This document shows, piece by piece, positions 24,430-42,482 of a stretch of DNA of 64,000 nucleotides. The DNA is from Schizochytrium sp. TIO01 (lineage: Eukaryota; Protista; Bigyra: Labyrinthulomycetes). Both the position numbers and the translations under genes were made by a program. Numbering within the stretch: position 1 is the first letter of the stretch; each line of letters begins with the position of its first letter. Where the stretch lies: the NCBI GenBank assembly GCA_004764695.1, contig SMSO01000032.1:1-64000 (forward strand), in the 5' to 3' direction. Under the pieces are notes generated by a model, which was given only the letters and a program-made list of their open reading frames with translations, did not search any database and was not told where the DNA came from.

Positions 24430-25600
24430 GGAGGAAGGAAGGCAATGCATACACGGTAAGGCTCTGCTCTTCCAGACAATTTATACGACGTGAGTCCATC
24501 TCATAACACTATTGGGCGCCAACTGCCTGGTGGATTGAATGCCGTACGCAGCTCTTACATCCATGTCGCTCGATATACGGCGTTAGCATCTGCGTTCAAA
24601 AAGAGATTGCTTACTGAGTTTTATCGAAAAAGTGATCAGATTATACCAGAAATGAGCCATTAAAGTACACCAGACACTTCGTTAGGATATTACCATGATA
24701 CTATTGACTGCTCGAGCTTTTGCGTGATCACATGTTTCTCCTAGCTCTTTCGTTGATTTGAAAACAGTCTATATCAGGATATTTTTCCAGGATACAAAAC
24801 TTCAGGTTTGATAACTATAGCTATTACATATTAGCTTCTGCAATGGAGCGCACAGAGTTAGTCTGACAAAAGAACGAACTCTAGTGAGGTGGGCAGTGAG
24901 ACCTGATGAAAAGTGTGAAAGGGAAAAGAATAGTATTGAGTTTATTGAGTTTCTAGACACAGACAAACTGAATACATAGATTTCGCATTGAAGGGTGGCG
25001 TTGATTTACATTTGGGTAAGACACCTGGACAGATATGGCTTTGGTACTGAATGAGGCCTGCAACATCATTTTCCTTCAACGCACAACAATGCATAACGAC
25101 GCCATCCTTGTTGGAGAAGGGATTCACATTCTCATTATTTATCATTTTGCAACAAGTTATTAGTTATTAAATCACATGTATCATTAAATATTTTGTCTGG
25201 CAGTTATAGCAAAACAGAAAAACAATGGCCAAGCTTCCCCATAGACGTTGCTTCAGAAGTTGTTGCATTTCCATAATTTATCGAGCCTTCTCAAACTTGG
25301 AAAGGTCGTCACGAGCAAACCATGTGCTTTAAAAAGTTGAAGCTCGAGTAATACTTTAATAAATACTAACCAAAAATTTGGGTTCAGGGATTTGATAAAC
25401 TTGAAAACGACTTCTAAACTTACCTTCACATTCACACTCCAGGATGTGTATGAAGAATTATGGACTTATAAGGCATTATTTAACGTCAGGTTATATTTTA
25501 TTCATACAATGACCCTCAATCATTGTTTCTAAATGCAAACATCGGGGATTTGAGCTTTACGACAATTTTTCACTTCACTTCTTGAAAATCACTGGTTGCT
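24430..25600 (-). mobile_element. Highly degenerate piggyBac-like (DDD) transposase relic
   Basis: Motif remnants appear in piggyBac order across frames: PDVCI(D)ETMI (~25516-25547), MPYKS, VVFKFIKSL...L..HGL, CCA(W)KENDVAGL.ST (~25045-25100), CDHAKAR...RSVW..L. Many stops and indels; no clear TIRs. Confidence 0.4.
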
Positions 25601-25864
25601 GCATGCGCGTTCACTAACTGTGTCTTGTTCTCCAACGTCTTTCAAAATATTGTCTATGACTCTTGCAGCGTTTAATTTATTCGTTTCTTAAATTGTCAAT
25701 CTTAGTATTCAATGAAAATGTTTCCATCACCTACACACTATATTATAATTAATATTTTCTATAACAATCAAAATCCTATGAATCTATAAAATAGTAATAT
25801 CATTTCTGTAGTTTTGCATACAAGCAACAAGGTTTAACAAAAAAATATATATTCAGAACTTCTT

Positions 25865-30510
<4,646 letters not shown>

Positions 30511-31627
30511 CACGACCTTTCGAGCCGAGAGATACGGGGAATTGCCTTACGTGAAGAGCGACCTGTCAACGAGCGTATCCCTGCGTGCAGACCTTGGCTA
30601 AGCTTGCACGACGACTGCAGTGGTTGCAGAAGGTTTGGACCTGTTAGTTGAATTTGCAAGTCTTGCGAAGTGGTGCGTGGACAACTTCTAATCTACTATA
30701 GCATTCCCTATCATACACTTATAGCTTGTCTAATTCCGATGAAGTGAGGTTTCGTGATTCTTATTTTCCTCGCATCAGTCATAGGTAATGACCATGTATA
30801 TTTTTTTGCTTGGGTAAAAAGTCGATCCACAACACTCATTTTGACATATCCCTATACTTTCGTACAACTCAACTAAAAACAGTTTATAGTTTCCCTCTTT
30901 TATCAGTGTAGCTGAGATGAAGGCAGCCTCAGCCGTCCGCGATTGATGCACTGAAGATCTTCACGGATTGCAAGGCCACTAGGTATTTGAAACTTCTGAT
31001 TGCGACTATTGAAATTGTCATCAGAACTCTGCAACTATTTTGAAGTGGTCCTATTCTCACCCCTTTCACACAATGGAGAGACAAAGAGTAATACTTATTT
31101 TTCGTACCTAGCTAGATAGATATCTATCTACCTTGGCTTTTATGGAATCCAAATGAAAACACCCACTACTACCTAGATACTATCTAGCTAGAGAGTAGAA
31201 AAGCTGATTACTAAGAGAGTCTCCCCATCTAAACTAATAGTATTTACTGTTTACTTAGTAGTGTACTTTTGAGTAATAGGTACGTACCTACAAACTTAAC
31301 TTATAATGATGATGAATCTTCCGGTGGGCTTGGAAGCCCCTCAAGCTCCCCCTCTCATCTTATAGTTTGTTCTAAGAGTTGTAGGCAATTGCAGACTATC
31401 ATACTACTAGTATAAATTCATGGAGGGGTGTGCGTTCCTATGCCACTGGTGAGACTAAAACAGCAGATCCAGTAGAATACGTAGCTTTCCTGAAAGTAGT
31501 CGTCCCCAAAGAGGGAGGGAATTAGCATGACTACGAACTCAGCAAAGGAATATAGAACAGCAGGGATGCGCAGCAGCAAATCCTCAACCGGGCCTGCTCT
31601 TGGACGAAGGAGGACAACGCTTGTAGC

Positions 31628-34600
31628 ATGAGCTTGACAAACATTGCGGACCCTGAGGTCAAAGTAGCCAAAGCTCTGCAAGAGCTACGGAGTGGCACTG
31701 TTTCTGAACGGTAAGCTGCGACAAGCCATCGGCATAGATAAAACAGAGTTTTCAGCCAGCTAACAAATCTTTCTTCATTGGACTTCACAGCGCGTTTTAC
31801 GAAGACATCACAGAAGATGATCTTCTCACCTTAGCTCAGCTACTTGAAAGAACGAGAGATTTAATCAAGCTCACGTAAGTACCTTCTTTTCAAGAAACAT
31901 CACTTGCTACTTGGGGAAAGCAAACAAACTAACACGTTCTCTCAAGCAGTCTCTTGCAAAGCAGTATTGGAGATGATGCGGCTGCGGCCTTAGCGGATGG
32001 ATTGGCCAAAAATCAATCCTTGAGGGAGCTCACGTAAGTTTGACAAAACATCTGTAAAATCCGTGCTTCATTCTCCCAAACTAACCGCATTAGACTTCTC
32101 TGATTTGATGTCCGAACCCCTTTCCTTTTCACGAATAAAAGGATTGCAGACAGTAACCTGACAGAAGAGGGTACATTGGTGCTCGCCAATGCCTTGAAAG
32201 CGAACCGATCTCTCATCATGCTTTCGTAAGTCCTGTTTCGGAATTTATACAGCACCCTCAGATGACTAACTTCTTTATTGCGTCCATGTTGAGGTGAGAC
32301 CTAGTCTTGGCCAAAGCCACATAGGTAGGCTTGGCGCTCAGACGCTGGCACCCATCCTAATCGAAAATGAAACACTTATTATGCTCAAGTAAGTGCAACG
32401 AACTATTGTCGCAACTTCCTGCTTCTTCTTTCTAACCTAAATCATGGATGTATTTTATTGTCGAATCCCAGCCTGGGAAATAATGAGATTGGGGACGATG
32501 GCGCAAAAGCTCTTGCGGAAGCCTTACCTTCTAGCAAGCTGCTACAAAGTCTCGAGTACGTTTGAGAGATTCTGGCAAATACCACTGAAAATACTAACTG
32601 AGTTGCAACCATTCTAATAGACTGGCAAACAACGGAATTGGACCTGAAGGTGCAGAAGCACTCGCCGTGTCTTTAATAGAGAATGAGAACTTGAACTTTC
32701 TTGGGTAAGTCATTTACATGAATCATTGAGATTAGGGCATTCAACCTAACCTTGAAACTTTCAATGTGCTCTCCTTCCAAACTCAAGGCTTTCATGGAAT
32801 CACATTGGGGACCGCGGAGCACAGGCTCTTGCTCAGCCTCTGTTAACCAGTGATTCTCTCACCACTCTATAGTACGTTAACTTTATTCGTTATTTCCTTT
32901 GAATTTGTAGCATGCTAACCTCTCTTCAACTAACCACAACATTCTACGGATATCAGCCTCGTCAAAAACGGTATTGGAGACGACGGCGCAGAAGCACTTG
33001 GGAAGGCTCTCGAGCTAAATAACTCTGTTGTGTACCTCTAGTGAGTGTATCATATTTATTCTACTGTCTTTGGAGGGCCTGTGTGAGCTTTGTGTCTAAC
33101 TAACGAACATATCAAAATTTGGTGGTCTTAGCCTTCTAGAGAACAACATCAGGGACCTCGGTGCAGCTGCATTGGCTAAAGCCTTGGAGAAAAATGAAAT
33201 GTTGAAAAGACTCGAGTAAGTTGCTTCGAATTTGATGGTCACGATTCTAGTCCTCTAACCAGTAATGAGATAGACTTGCGCTTAACGATATTGGCCCTGA
33301 TGGAGCTGCTGCGCTCGCTGAGGCGCTCAAGAAAAATGAATCTTTGACATCACTCGCGTACGTTTTAGAGAATGGAGTTATTTGTTTGCCGATGGAACCA
33401 AAATTAACTTGAGGAGTATACGCAACATTTTCTTTCTCAATTGCTGGGTAAAACAGTCTCTCTCGAAATCACATTGGCGATGAAGGCGCCACAGCCCTTG
33501 CTGCTGGTCTAAGCGTGAATCAAACTCTAGCTTCTTTGTAGTAAGTAACATGGCGAGATCTGAATAATCACAAGCAGAGACTGACATTAGTTGAACCTGC
33601 GCTTGCGAGAACATAGTCTTGTGAAGAATGCAATCAGTAGCACAGGTGCAAAGGCTTTAGCCGAGTCTCTTGAGACAAACAAAGCTTTGACTCGTCTCAG
33701 GTAAGACATTTGTTTCAGAAGGGTATTTCTTGGGTATTTTACTCTATTGAAATGCGTGAGAATGTGTTGGGTTGTTTTGGACTTTCGCAAAAGAAGACCA
33801 GCTTCATCCAAGCAATTTTACTAACATACTGCTTTTCTTTTTTTCTTTCTTATTATTTTAAATTTAATTCAATTGATCGTTTCTACGCAATTGAACAGTT
33901 TGGACTGGAATTATGTAGGGAGTGAGGGAGCCAAGTCTTTGGCCGTAGCCCTTCACACGAACCAGACTCTTCGCTGGCTAGAGTAAGTCAGGCACGTTTA
34001 TTGTTTCAAGTGCAACAGAGTGCGAGGGGATCAAAGAGACTAATGACAATATACTTTTCTTGCCACTTACTTGTGTTCTGCATATCTAGTTTATTCCATT
34101 GTCCTATTGGAAAGCCTGGTGTCAATGCCTTGGCGGACGTAGTACATGCGGATAACGTTGGCCTCTGGAAACTTTCGTAAGTTCTGCATCTGGCGTCAAT
34201 GAGAATCCATGGTAAATATAATCCGAACTAACTAACTAACTGATGCAAATTGCTACCAAAACATAGTCTCGATTCGAAAGACGAAATGCTCTCGATTCAA
34301 GAAATTCTGCGAATTTCTTCAAAGACAGATATCGTCCGACAACAAGTCAAAGAATACGGAGAGAGAGCTCTTGCAGCCCTTCAAGGAGACGTCAAGGTTA
34401 GATGGGGGCGAGCCAAAGTAATGGTAGTCGGCAAAGTTGGTGTGGGCAAATCAGCTTTGATTCGTGCACTTTTACACGAACCAGAAATACAAGATGCTGG
34501 CGATACAGCTGCTCCGCCAGGCATACAGATCAAGCTAACAAGGTCAAGAAATTGGACATCACAACAGCGTATTGACACAGCCGACCTCGGCAAGGTCTTT

Positions 34601-36133
34601 GCTCAGCAGCAAACCACTCGCAAGAGCCTATTGCGCACTGCCAGTAAACGTGTCTCTCAACGCCTCTCGCAAATTGCTGGCTCGAGCCAACGCCGTCGCC
34701 CTTTGGTTAACATTTGGCCTTCAAAGCTCGAGAAGACTTACGATGCCAAAAGCATGTTCGAGGCCAAGCAACGAGCCAAGGCCGGTGGAGGTGCACGAGG
34801 AAGTCGCCTTACAGATGAAGATATTAGCTTCAGCTTTTGGAATTTCAGTGGTCCGGAGGTCCTCCAAGATCTGTTCTGTACCCCAGACGGTATCTACATT
34901 CTTGTGTTCGATCTACGTGAACTTGCTGGTAAGGAAAACTTCCCAGGGATAGACGATAACTTAGACAATCCCGGGCAAGCACGTTCTTCCCTGAGCGCTT
35001 GGCTTCGTAAGATCAAAGTCTACGCCCCCAGTGCCCAAGTGCTACTGGTTGGTACCCACTACGACGCTGTGAATACTCACGAGATGCTGCAAGCCATTGA
35101 TGTCGATGTTGCAACAATCTTTGACGAGAGTGGTGGAAACCTACGCCTTTTAGAAAATGCACGTGATGACCTTCACTTTTTCCTTTTTGATAAGACCGAC
35201 GAACACGATTTGCAAGGCCGTCTTCAAGATCTCCGTAATCTGCTTACTTCGATCGTGGTCGATAGCGACTTCTTGATGCAAAAGTTTCCCCTTCGATGGC
35301 TTTGGTGCCTCGATCAGCTGTTCATGCCTCCAGGAAAGCATACAACATATAACAAGGTACTTTCTTTGGCACACAAAAAATGCGGCCTAAACGAGGATAC
35401 TGATGTTCCAGAGCTCCTTTCGTTCATGCAAAGGCGAGGAGTCCTGGTTCATCTCACATGTACAGGTCCCTTACGCAATCTTGTCATGACCCATCCGCAG
35501 TGGGTTATTACCAACCTTTCTCGCATAGTTTGCGCTCGGCAGCACATGGGAGGTATTGCGGACGAGCTCCTCCAGGAGTATCCAGGTCTCGAGGGGGACT
35601 TGACTGATTGGTCTTCCCAGGGTTTAGTAAGCCAGAATCTTTTGGCCGCATTCGTCAAGCGTCAGCATGCTCCTTTCTTCAGCGAACTCATGCAGGAACT
35701 TCTTCTTGCTTGCGCAAGCCCGTGGTCCATGGGAGATGAGTGTATGCTCGTTCCGAGCTTGTTGCCACCCATCTCGCTTTCGAAGTTGCAGGACATTCTC
35801 GAGACGGACTTTGGTATGGAAGAGGCGGTGGCCCATATTCAGATGAGCTTATTTTCCGAAGGTCTTTTTGAACGATGCATTGCACGTGTTTTGCAGGATA
35901 TGCACACCATTGAAGATGTTTTAGGCATTCATGCCAACCTTTTGTACTTGCAGGTCGAGAACATAGGCCCCTTCCTGATTCGTGCAGATCCTGAAAATTG
36001 TTGCATCGCGATGCATTCGCATCTTGGGAAACCTGCTGACTCTGCAAATGACTTCGTACTTAACTGCGTGACTCACATCGACCAAGCCTTCATGAACAAT
36101 ACCTTGCAACCAACTATGAATGATGATACCTGA
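31628..36133 (+). CDS. 16-exon LRR-Roc-COR (ROCO family) protein, ~1042 aa
   Basis: Exon 1 is 31628-31710. 84-nt LRR exons: 31791-31874, 31950-32033, 32142-32225, 32305-32388, 32472-32555, 32621-32704, 32788-32871, 32957-33040, 33132-33215, 33274-33357, 33457-33540, 33617-33700 and 33899-33982. An 87-nt exon is at 34090-34176 and the terminal exon is 34267-36133. All are GT-AG and phase 2, most with CTAAC-like branch sites. Roc motifs: KVMVVGKVGVGKS, FWNFSG, IYILVFD, LVGTHYD. COR-like: FPLRW...G.L.H...LVMTHPQW. Confidence 0.92.
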
Positions 36134-37479
36134 AAGCGCATCTTCATCGAGACTGTTGCAAGTGTGCTTGTATGACTCTGATCGTCTTGATGATCTTCAT
36201 TGTCACGGCATTCTACGATGACTGACGGCAAATCTGGCCCACTCTCAGTTCTTTCTTTTCCATCCCTGAATCTTTGGCCCAACACACTAGCTGGTTTAAA
36301 ATCTCATTTATCCATGTTCATTTTTCATTGAAGTCGAAAATAAGCACACCCAGGTTGCAAAGATAAATACCAAATTTACTCTCGCTCATATTAGCAGAAG
36401 AAGGCAACTCAAAGGTTCATTCGCCAATACTCTCTAGAGAGGTTCTACTATGACTTCTATGAAAGTCCAAAGTCGAAAAGCAGAGATCTCGCCAGAATTC
36501 CGCGCAGTCTCGGTCTCTTGAACGCCTGATTGTGTGGTCCCGATGCTGGCTGTGCCAGGGTACCCACTTGCCTTGGTGAGAAGTGATCAGCTCGCAAAGC
36601 TTTAGCTTCTCCGACCTATGAAGGACAAGAGAGCCAAAGAGCCATCGCTACTAATGGAGGAAGATTCCAACTCTTCGAAAGCCTGCGCGTTCTTTTCGCC
36701 TCTCAGGAGTTCTTGAGATTCTGCGCTTTTCAAGCGTGGTCCTTGCCGTGGCTACTGCTAGCAGTCACCTATGCTCTACTCTACGGCTGCTAGTTTTGAG
36801 GCACTCTGGTTCTAGTAGTAGGTGGACCTACTGCCAATCCATCTCAAGCACAAGCAATCAATGAATGCGGACGTACCTACTATCAATGTTCTTGCTTCAA
36901 GTTGGTTGAAACTCAAGTCACGTGAGTGATCGTGGGTTTATACCCAAAGATTTTGCTGTGACTAGTGATCTCAAGTAGGTAGGTGGGCCATACTTTCAAG
37001 GCTTTTGAGTCCTTAGGCGTTCGAGGCGCACGCTGAGGCCTCCAGCTCTGCCCGGTCGCCAGGCCTTGACATCAGGACAGAAGCTGACGCGCCAAGCGTC
37101 GCGGCCTTGGCACGCATAGTCAGAACTGGTTATACCTAGGAGTAGCAACAGCGGCCGCAGAAATTGCCTTGGGTTGAGATGCTGACGCCGTAGAGAAAGA
37201 ACCGTTTGAGCCCGTGCGCAACCTGTCCCACCTCGGATGTAGCTGGTTGGTCGTGGGTGCCGAGAAAGACAGCGGTCTCAATTTCTTTCAGCAACAGTGC
37301 TCCCACCTGAACTACCTAGCAGAGGCTGGTAGGTAGGAACTGCCGACTAATACAATTGCATTGAAGTGGATCTCTTCTTGGCCACATGGATGCAGTTCGT
37401 AATCCAGGTGGTATGCAAAACCGATTCAAGGCTTTGAGCAAGCAGTCTGTGTCTAAAAATAGAGAACCATTTCATCAAC

Positions 37480-39138
37480 ATGGGGACAGGAGATCTCTTG
37501 CATACCTGCAACAACAACACGCCATTTTCTCGTGACAGAGATCCTGCACATGAATCTGTGCCACCTGCAGATAAGTCAAGGAAAGAAAATGCTGTCGTGC
37601 TGCTCGAAAATACATTAAAAAATAGACAAGTCATAGAAGAGGAGCTCTTAGCGCGTGAGCAAGAGCGTGCCATGCGGCGTGAACGATTATCATCTTCAGG
37701 CACAGAGGAAGAGCTTCCTAGTTCCTCGAGCCCTTCAAGCGATTCAGGCGTTACTATGGAGCCTAATCAGATCGAAACTACTTACGACGGTCGCCCTCTC
37801 CTTGCCAAACTCTCAGTAAGCGATTTGCAAGCCCGTGGTCTCGAGCTTCAACCACATCATCAAATCTATCTCACAATAACGATGGAGGGCGTTTGCAAAA
37901 CAACAGACAGGTCGCCAGAACCCTCCCCTGATGGAAAGATCATCTTCTCGCATCCCAACACTGATCCTCTACAATTCAACGTGAGTGATGTAGCAGCAAA
38001 CCTCATGGTTGCGCTCTACAGCAAACCACAACCACAACCTGGCGCTCAGGATTTATGTGTTGGTAAGGTAATTGTACCTTTGTCAAGACTATACAAGGAT
38101 GCCTTCTTGCCGCGCTTGCTAAGCAGGCGTCATAACCATTTTTCTTTTGACAGCTGGTTTGAACTGTACCCAGTCAAACCCTCGCAAAACCGTTTTGAGC
38201 TTGCGATTCCAGGTCTTTCAGGGCTCTCTCCATCTCGAAAATCATTGGGCCAACTGCATCTTCGCTTGGAATTGCAAACCAAACCTGGCTATCCTTTAGC
38301 CCTCTGTGCGTTCCTCAATCCACCATTCACACCAACTCAACAACCTAGTACTCCTTCCTTCTCTGCATCTCAAAGTGCAGCATCGCTATCTCATACGTTG
38401 AAGGCCGTCAAATATAATGAACTGCGTCTTCAAGCCCTTTTAGCTTCCATTAAAGCTACCCTCGACTCCATTCGTAGCGTTCGCCACTGGGAACGACCGC
38501 AAATCACTGGTTTGTTGCTTGCTTGGCACACGTATGCGTGTCTTTATGCTGCATGCTGGCAGCTACCAATGCTTATCACAGTCTTGGTGGTGGGCTGTAG
38601 TCTTGCTTTCCCGTACGCTCCTTCTGGGGAAGCACCGCAAATGTATACTTCAGAAACTGCCAGAATTCGGAATGGGGTAAAAGATGACGACCAATTCACT
38701 CAGGACTTCTCTCTGACCGAACTTGCAAGTTTGCTGACAAAGATCTCTTGCACGACTGAGCGACTTTTCAATGCATTCAACTGGACAGATAAGATTGCGA
38801 GTTTGGGGGTATCTCTTGCCGTCTTGCTAACGGGACTAGCAGCTTCTGTTTTTGCGTTCGGACTTCATGTCTTTACGACTCATTGTCTACCTCTGCATCA
38901 TATTTTATATATAGGCGGTGTTTTATTTCTGAGTCCTTCGGTGATTGACAAGGTACAGTGTTCGGTTAAGAAGGCTGCTAGTGCAATTTTGAATCGCGCC
39001 AAAGTATCGGAATCTGCCATATGGCAGTGTCCCGCAGTTTGCATTCAAATGTTGTGCAATCTAAATGCGCGTATCCTTGATGCTGAAGAGCTTGTTCATC
39101 GCCGAATTGCCAGCACACAAGAGGTACAGCTACCCTAG
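37480..39138 (+). CDS. C2-domain protein with C-terminal hydrophobic/transmembrane region (MCTP/PRT_C-like)
   Basis: 552-aa ORF with C2-like strands (LQFNVSD...LMVALY...DLCVGKVIVPLSRL...WFELYP...LGQLHLRLEL), then HWERP..T, FNWTD and TM helices. Confidence 0.7.
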   Translation: MGTGDLLHTCNNNTPFSRDRDPAHESVPPADKSRKENAVVLLENTLKNRQVIEEELLAREQERAMRRERLSSSGTEEELPSSSSPSSDSGVTMEPNQIETTYDGRPLLAKLSVSDLQARGLELQPHHQIYLTITMEGVCKTTDRSPEPSPDGKIIFSHPNTDPLQFNVSDVAANLMVALYSKPQPQPGAQDLCVGKVIVPLSRLYKDAFLPRLLSRRHNHFSFDSWFELYPVKPSQNRFELAIPGLSGLSPSRKSLGQLHLRLELQTKPGYPLALCAFLNPPFTPTQQPSTPSFSASQSAASLSHTLKAVKYNELRLQALLASIKATLDSIRSVRHWERPQITGLLLAWHTYACLYAACWQLPMLITVLVVGCSLAFPYAPSGEAPQMYTSETARIRNGVKDDDQFTQDFSLTELASLLTKISCTTERLFNAFNWTDKIASLGVSLAVLLTGLAASVFAFGLHVFTTHCLPLHHILYIGGVLFLSPSVIDKVQCSVKKAASAILNRAKVSESAIWQCPAVCIQMLCNLNARILDAEELVHRRIASTQEVQLP

Positions 39139-40676
39139 ATATATGACAATTAATATTTTACATATGTGCTTAGCTAATTTTATCCCAATTAACAATGACA
39201 CTAGCAATATCATGAGCTAGATTACAACACATATCCTTTTTTTTACTGGTTACAGGCATGCTTTAAAGGCAAACTTATTTCCTTGTCGCCACTTTTGGTT
39301 GAGTTCGAAATGAATCTCCAAGCGCCGCGAGGAGACCACATATGGTTGTCACGCCTAGATGTTGTCTACAAAGAAGGTAGCTCTAGTAAAGCAGGTTATG
39401 TATCCTTTGATTGGTAGGAGAGACTAGAAGATGGGTTACTCCCTGTGAAAAACGAAATGTGTGCAAATTTGCTACTTTTTCTGCCGAAATATAATTCTCT
39501 TTTCGATCATAAAAGCACTTGGTAGAATCACAGAATTTCTGAACAATACATACGAATTTAACTCAAATGATGAAACAAGAAAAGGTTTTCTTCAGTTTGT
39601 TACCATAACTAACAATTGCTTTTGTTTGCCCGCCCACTATACTATGCTAACAGACACCTAGTTCCCATGCTAAAAGTAATACCAATAAATCATCTTATTC
39701 ACTCTCACTAGTTAGAGTACTCAGTGAAAATCTTTTCAGCTTGAGTAAAATGTACTCTAAATATCAGTACATTCTTTTGGGTTGAGTTTTCAACCCAAGC
39801 AAAACGATTTTAACTCAGTACCTCTGACAAACACTGATTGCCATATCAACCTACTAGGCAATCCTTTGACTTTCATGAAGGCTCAAGTCACAACAATCAC
39901 CGCTACTACTATTTTTCCTATATCCATACACCTACTAGTAGAACTATAAAGCCCTTAATCTTTACCTAGTGATATTAATAGTATTAGTTTACAACTACCA
40001 GCATCGTAGAAAGTATCTACCTCCTACCTACATGCTACTACTAGGTGGTGTGCCGATATAGATATAGTAGAAGCATACTAAACCCTACCTATCTTAGTTA
40101 AGGGCTACCAAGGCAGAGAGATATGTCGCTTCTAGACACCAATCTGAGACCAGCGACGGCTTCTTCGTGCAGGAGTGACAAGCACCTCTGTTAGGCCACC
40201 TGTACCTAAGGGCAAAGCACCCTCATCGCATCTTAGGGAAAGGCACCTCCTCAAGAGCGAACAAACAATCGTGTGGATCTCTCTTTGTTGTGATCAAGGG
40301 AAGGATCGAAGGCCAGAGCTACGCTTTCTGCACCCTCTTATTCGACAACAAGTGCAACAGCCCAAACCCAAGTACTAAAAGACTGTTCCTTGCTCAGCCA
40401 ACTTGGGTGCCCTTCAACTCAAGCAAATCCAAGAGACTTTGAATTCAGCTGGCCTGCTTAGTTTTTGGTGGGCTTGGGTCAGGTGCAGAAAATAACCAAG
40501 ACTCCACAAGGACGTCACCTTTGTTGCTTTGTTTGGAGTGGGGTGAACGAGGAAGACTCGGTTTTAACTTTACGAAGATATTCTGGTGCTTCAACAGTCG
40601 CATAATCGTGGGGCACCTTCAACGAATTTAACCCGTGACGGAGCTCGTAAAGAGTTTAATATCAAACATCCACACA

Positions 40677-42482
40677 ATGGTTCGGGCCATGAGTATGATG
40701 GATGTGGATGAGGCTACGCCATCCACAGACCATCAGGGGGAAAGTGGATCGCAGCAAGTAGATAATGCCTTTGAAATCACCGATACTCAGCCGCTCAAAT
40801 CGAGCCAAGACGACGAAGAATTTGAAGAGGAAGAAGATGCGGTGTGGGGACGCCTCGTCCACACGGAGCGCAGCTCGCTATATCAGCCACCGCCTCCTCA
40901 AAACGGGGCGTCGCGAAGGGCCGGCCGCGCGAACCCAGAGATTGGTGCCGTTGATGTAAAAGGTGACTTGTTTAAAATTGGACGCGGAGACTTTATGGAT
41001 CTTCAAGTCCGTGATGTCTCAGTCAGCGTAGAGCACTGCATCCTTGAACGTCAGGGGGACACCGTTTTCATTTCTGATAATCAAAGCTCCAATGGAACTT
41101 ATGTCCTGGGAAAACGCCTTAAAAGAAATCAGCGAAAAGAACTTAAAAATGGCGATGTTTTCTCGTTGGTACGTTCGCGACCAAGCTCGGCGGTCCAGGA
41201 ATGGTACGAGTTCTGCTTCGAAAAACTCATCACCTCCTCTCAGCATGAAGACGAGATGAATCGCCTGAGGTTTGCCCAACGGGTTTCCCACGGCGAGGGC
41301 CCACAAGCGGGTGGGGCTCTTTCACAGGCTATCATGGTCGCCTCCGCAGGCGGAGATAGCGGCATTGCTGCAGCAATGCAGTGTGAAGAGTTCGTCACCA
41401 AATATGAGATTCTCAACAAACTTGGTGAAGGTGGCCATGCAAAAGTGTATCGCGTTCGTTCCCTCAGGGATCGGCGCGCGTATGCTCTAAAGGTCGTGGA
41501 TAAAAGGCAATTTGCAAACAACCGACACGCACGTTCACTCAAGGATTTAATGAACGAAGCTCTCATTATGCGTTCACTGAATCACCCAGGTATTATTCAA
41601 TTGGTGGACATATTTTCTACAGATCGTACCCTTTTGTTAATTATGGAACTGGTACACGGAGGTGAGCTTTTTGATAGGCTCGTCAACAAAGGCTCATATC
41701 CGCAGGCAAAGGCTCGTGCACTCATTAAGAACATCCTTCTTGCGGTAGCTTACCTCCATGACCTTGATATAGTTCATAGAGACCTCAAACCAGAGAACAT
41801 TCTCATGACTTCGGTCGAATCAGACGTTGACATTAAACTCGCTGATTTTGGCCTTGCTAAACAAGAAAACAAAGGTCGGCGAACCCTGTGTGGCACTATT
41901 GGCTATGCTGCACCTGAGGTTCTTCGTCGAGAGCAATCAGAATTAGGATTAGGAACCTATGGAAAGGAAGCTGATATGTGGAGTCTCGGAGTCACTGCCT
42001 ATATTATTTTGACCTCGATTCCCCCCTTCCCGTCGGATTCTGGTTCTCATGACTTTCATCTGGCAGCTCTTAAAAGAGCTCCTGAATTCCTCGCCTTCCC
42101 TGCCGACCTGAGGAACTTTATTCTTGGAATGCTTGAAGTTGATGGCAAAAAGCGTCTAACTGTACACCAAGCTCTTCGCCATCCTTGGCTTAGGGATTCT
42201 CTGAGCGATTCGGGACCTATGCCAATGCCCAGACAACCTGCTTCAAGTGCTAGCAAGAACAAAGTCTCGGCTGCTACAGCCCAGACTGGTAACCCTCCTG
42301 CTCCTATTTCAGTGAATATCCCCCCATGTCCTCCTCCGCATCCTCTGCATGACAGAAGCAACGTACCAGAAACAGATGACGAAGACATCACAGGTACTTC
42401 GAAGCGCAAAATTGATTCTTCAACAGCTGCTCAAGGCCGCCTCAAACTTGTCAAAATTCGCAGTGACGAGTCTCTCCTTTAG
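40677..42482 (+). CDS. CHEK2: FHA-domain Ser/Thr kinase, CHK2/Cds1/Rad53 family
   Basis: N-terminal SQ/TQ sites, FHA (IGR...SVEHC...SSNGTYV), and kinase motifs GEGGHAKV, ALK, HRDLKPEN, DFG, CGT..YAAPE, DMWSLG. The first ATG is at 40677; the ORF track starts at GTG 40635. Confidence 0.82.
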   Translation: MVRAMSMMDVDEATPSTDHQGESGSQQVDNAFEITDTQPLKSSQDDEEFEEEEDAVWGRLVHTERSSLYQPPPPQNGASRRAGRANPEIGAVDVKGDLFKIGRGDFMDLQVRDVSVSVEHCILERQGDTVFISDNQSSNGTYVLGKRLKRNQRKELKNGDVFSLVRSRPSSAVQEWYEFCFEKLITSSQHEDEMNRLRFAQRVSHGEGPQAGGALSQAIMVASAGGDSGIAAAMQCEEFVTKYEILNKLGEGGHAKVYRVRSLRDRRAYALKVVDKRQFANNRHARSLKDLMNEALIMRSLNHPGIIQLVDIFSTDRTLLLIMELVHGGELFDRLVNKGSYPQAKARALIKNILLAVAYLHDLDIVHRDLKPENILMTSVESDVDIKLADFGLAKQENKGRRTLCGTIGYAAPEVLRREQSELGLGTYGKEADMWSLGVTAYIILTSIPPFPSDSGSHDFHLAALKRAPEFLAFPADLRNFILGMLEVDGKKRLTVHQALRHPWLRDSLSDSGPMPMPRQPASSASKNKVSAATAQTGNPPAPISVNIPPCPPPHPLHDRSNVPETDDEDITGTSKRKIDSSTAAQGRLKLVKIRSDESLL

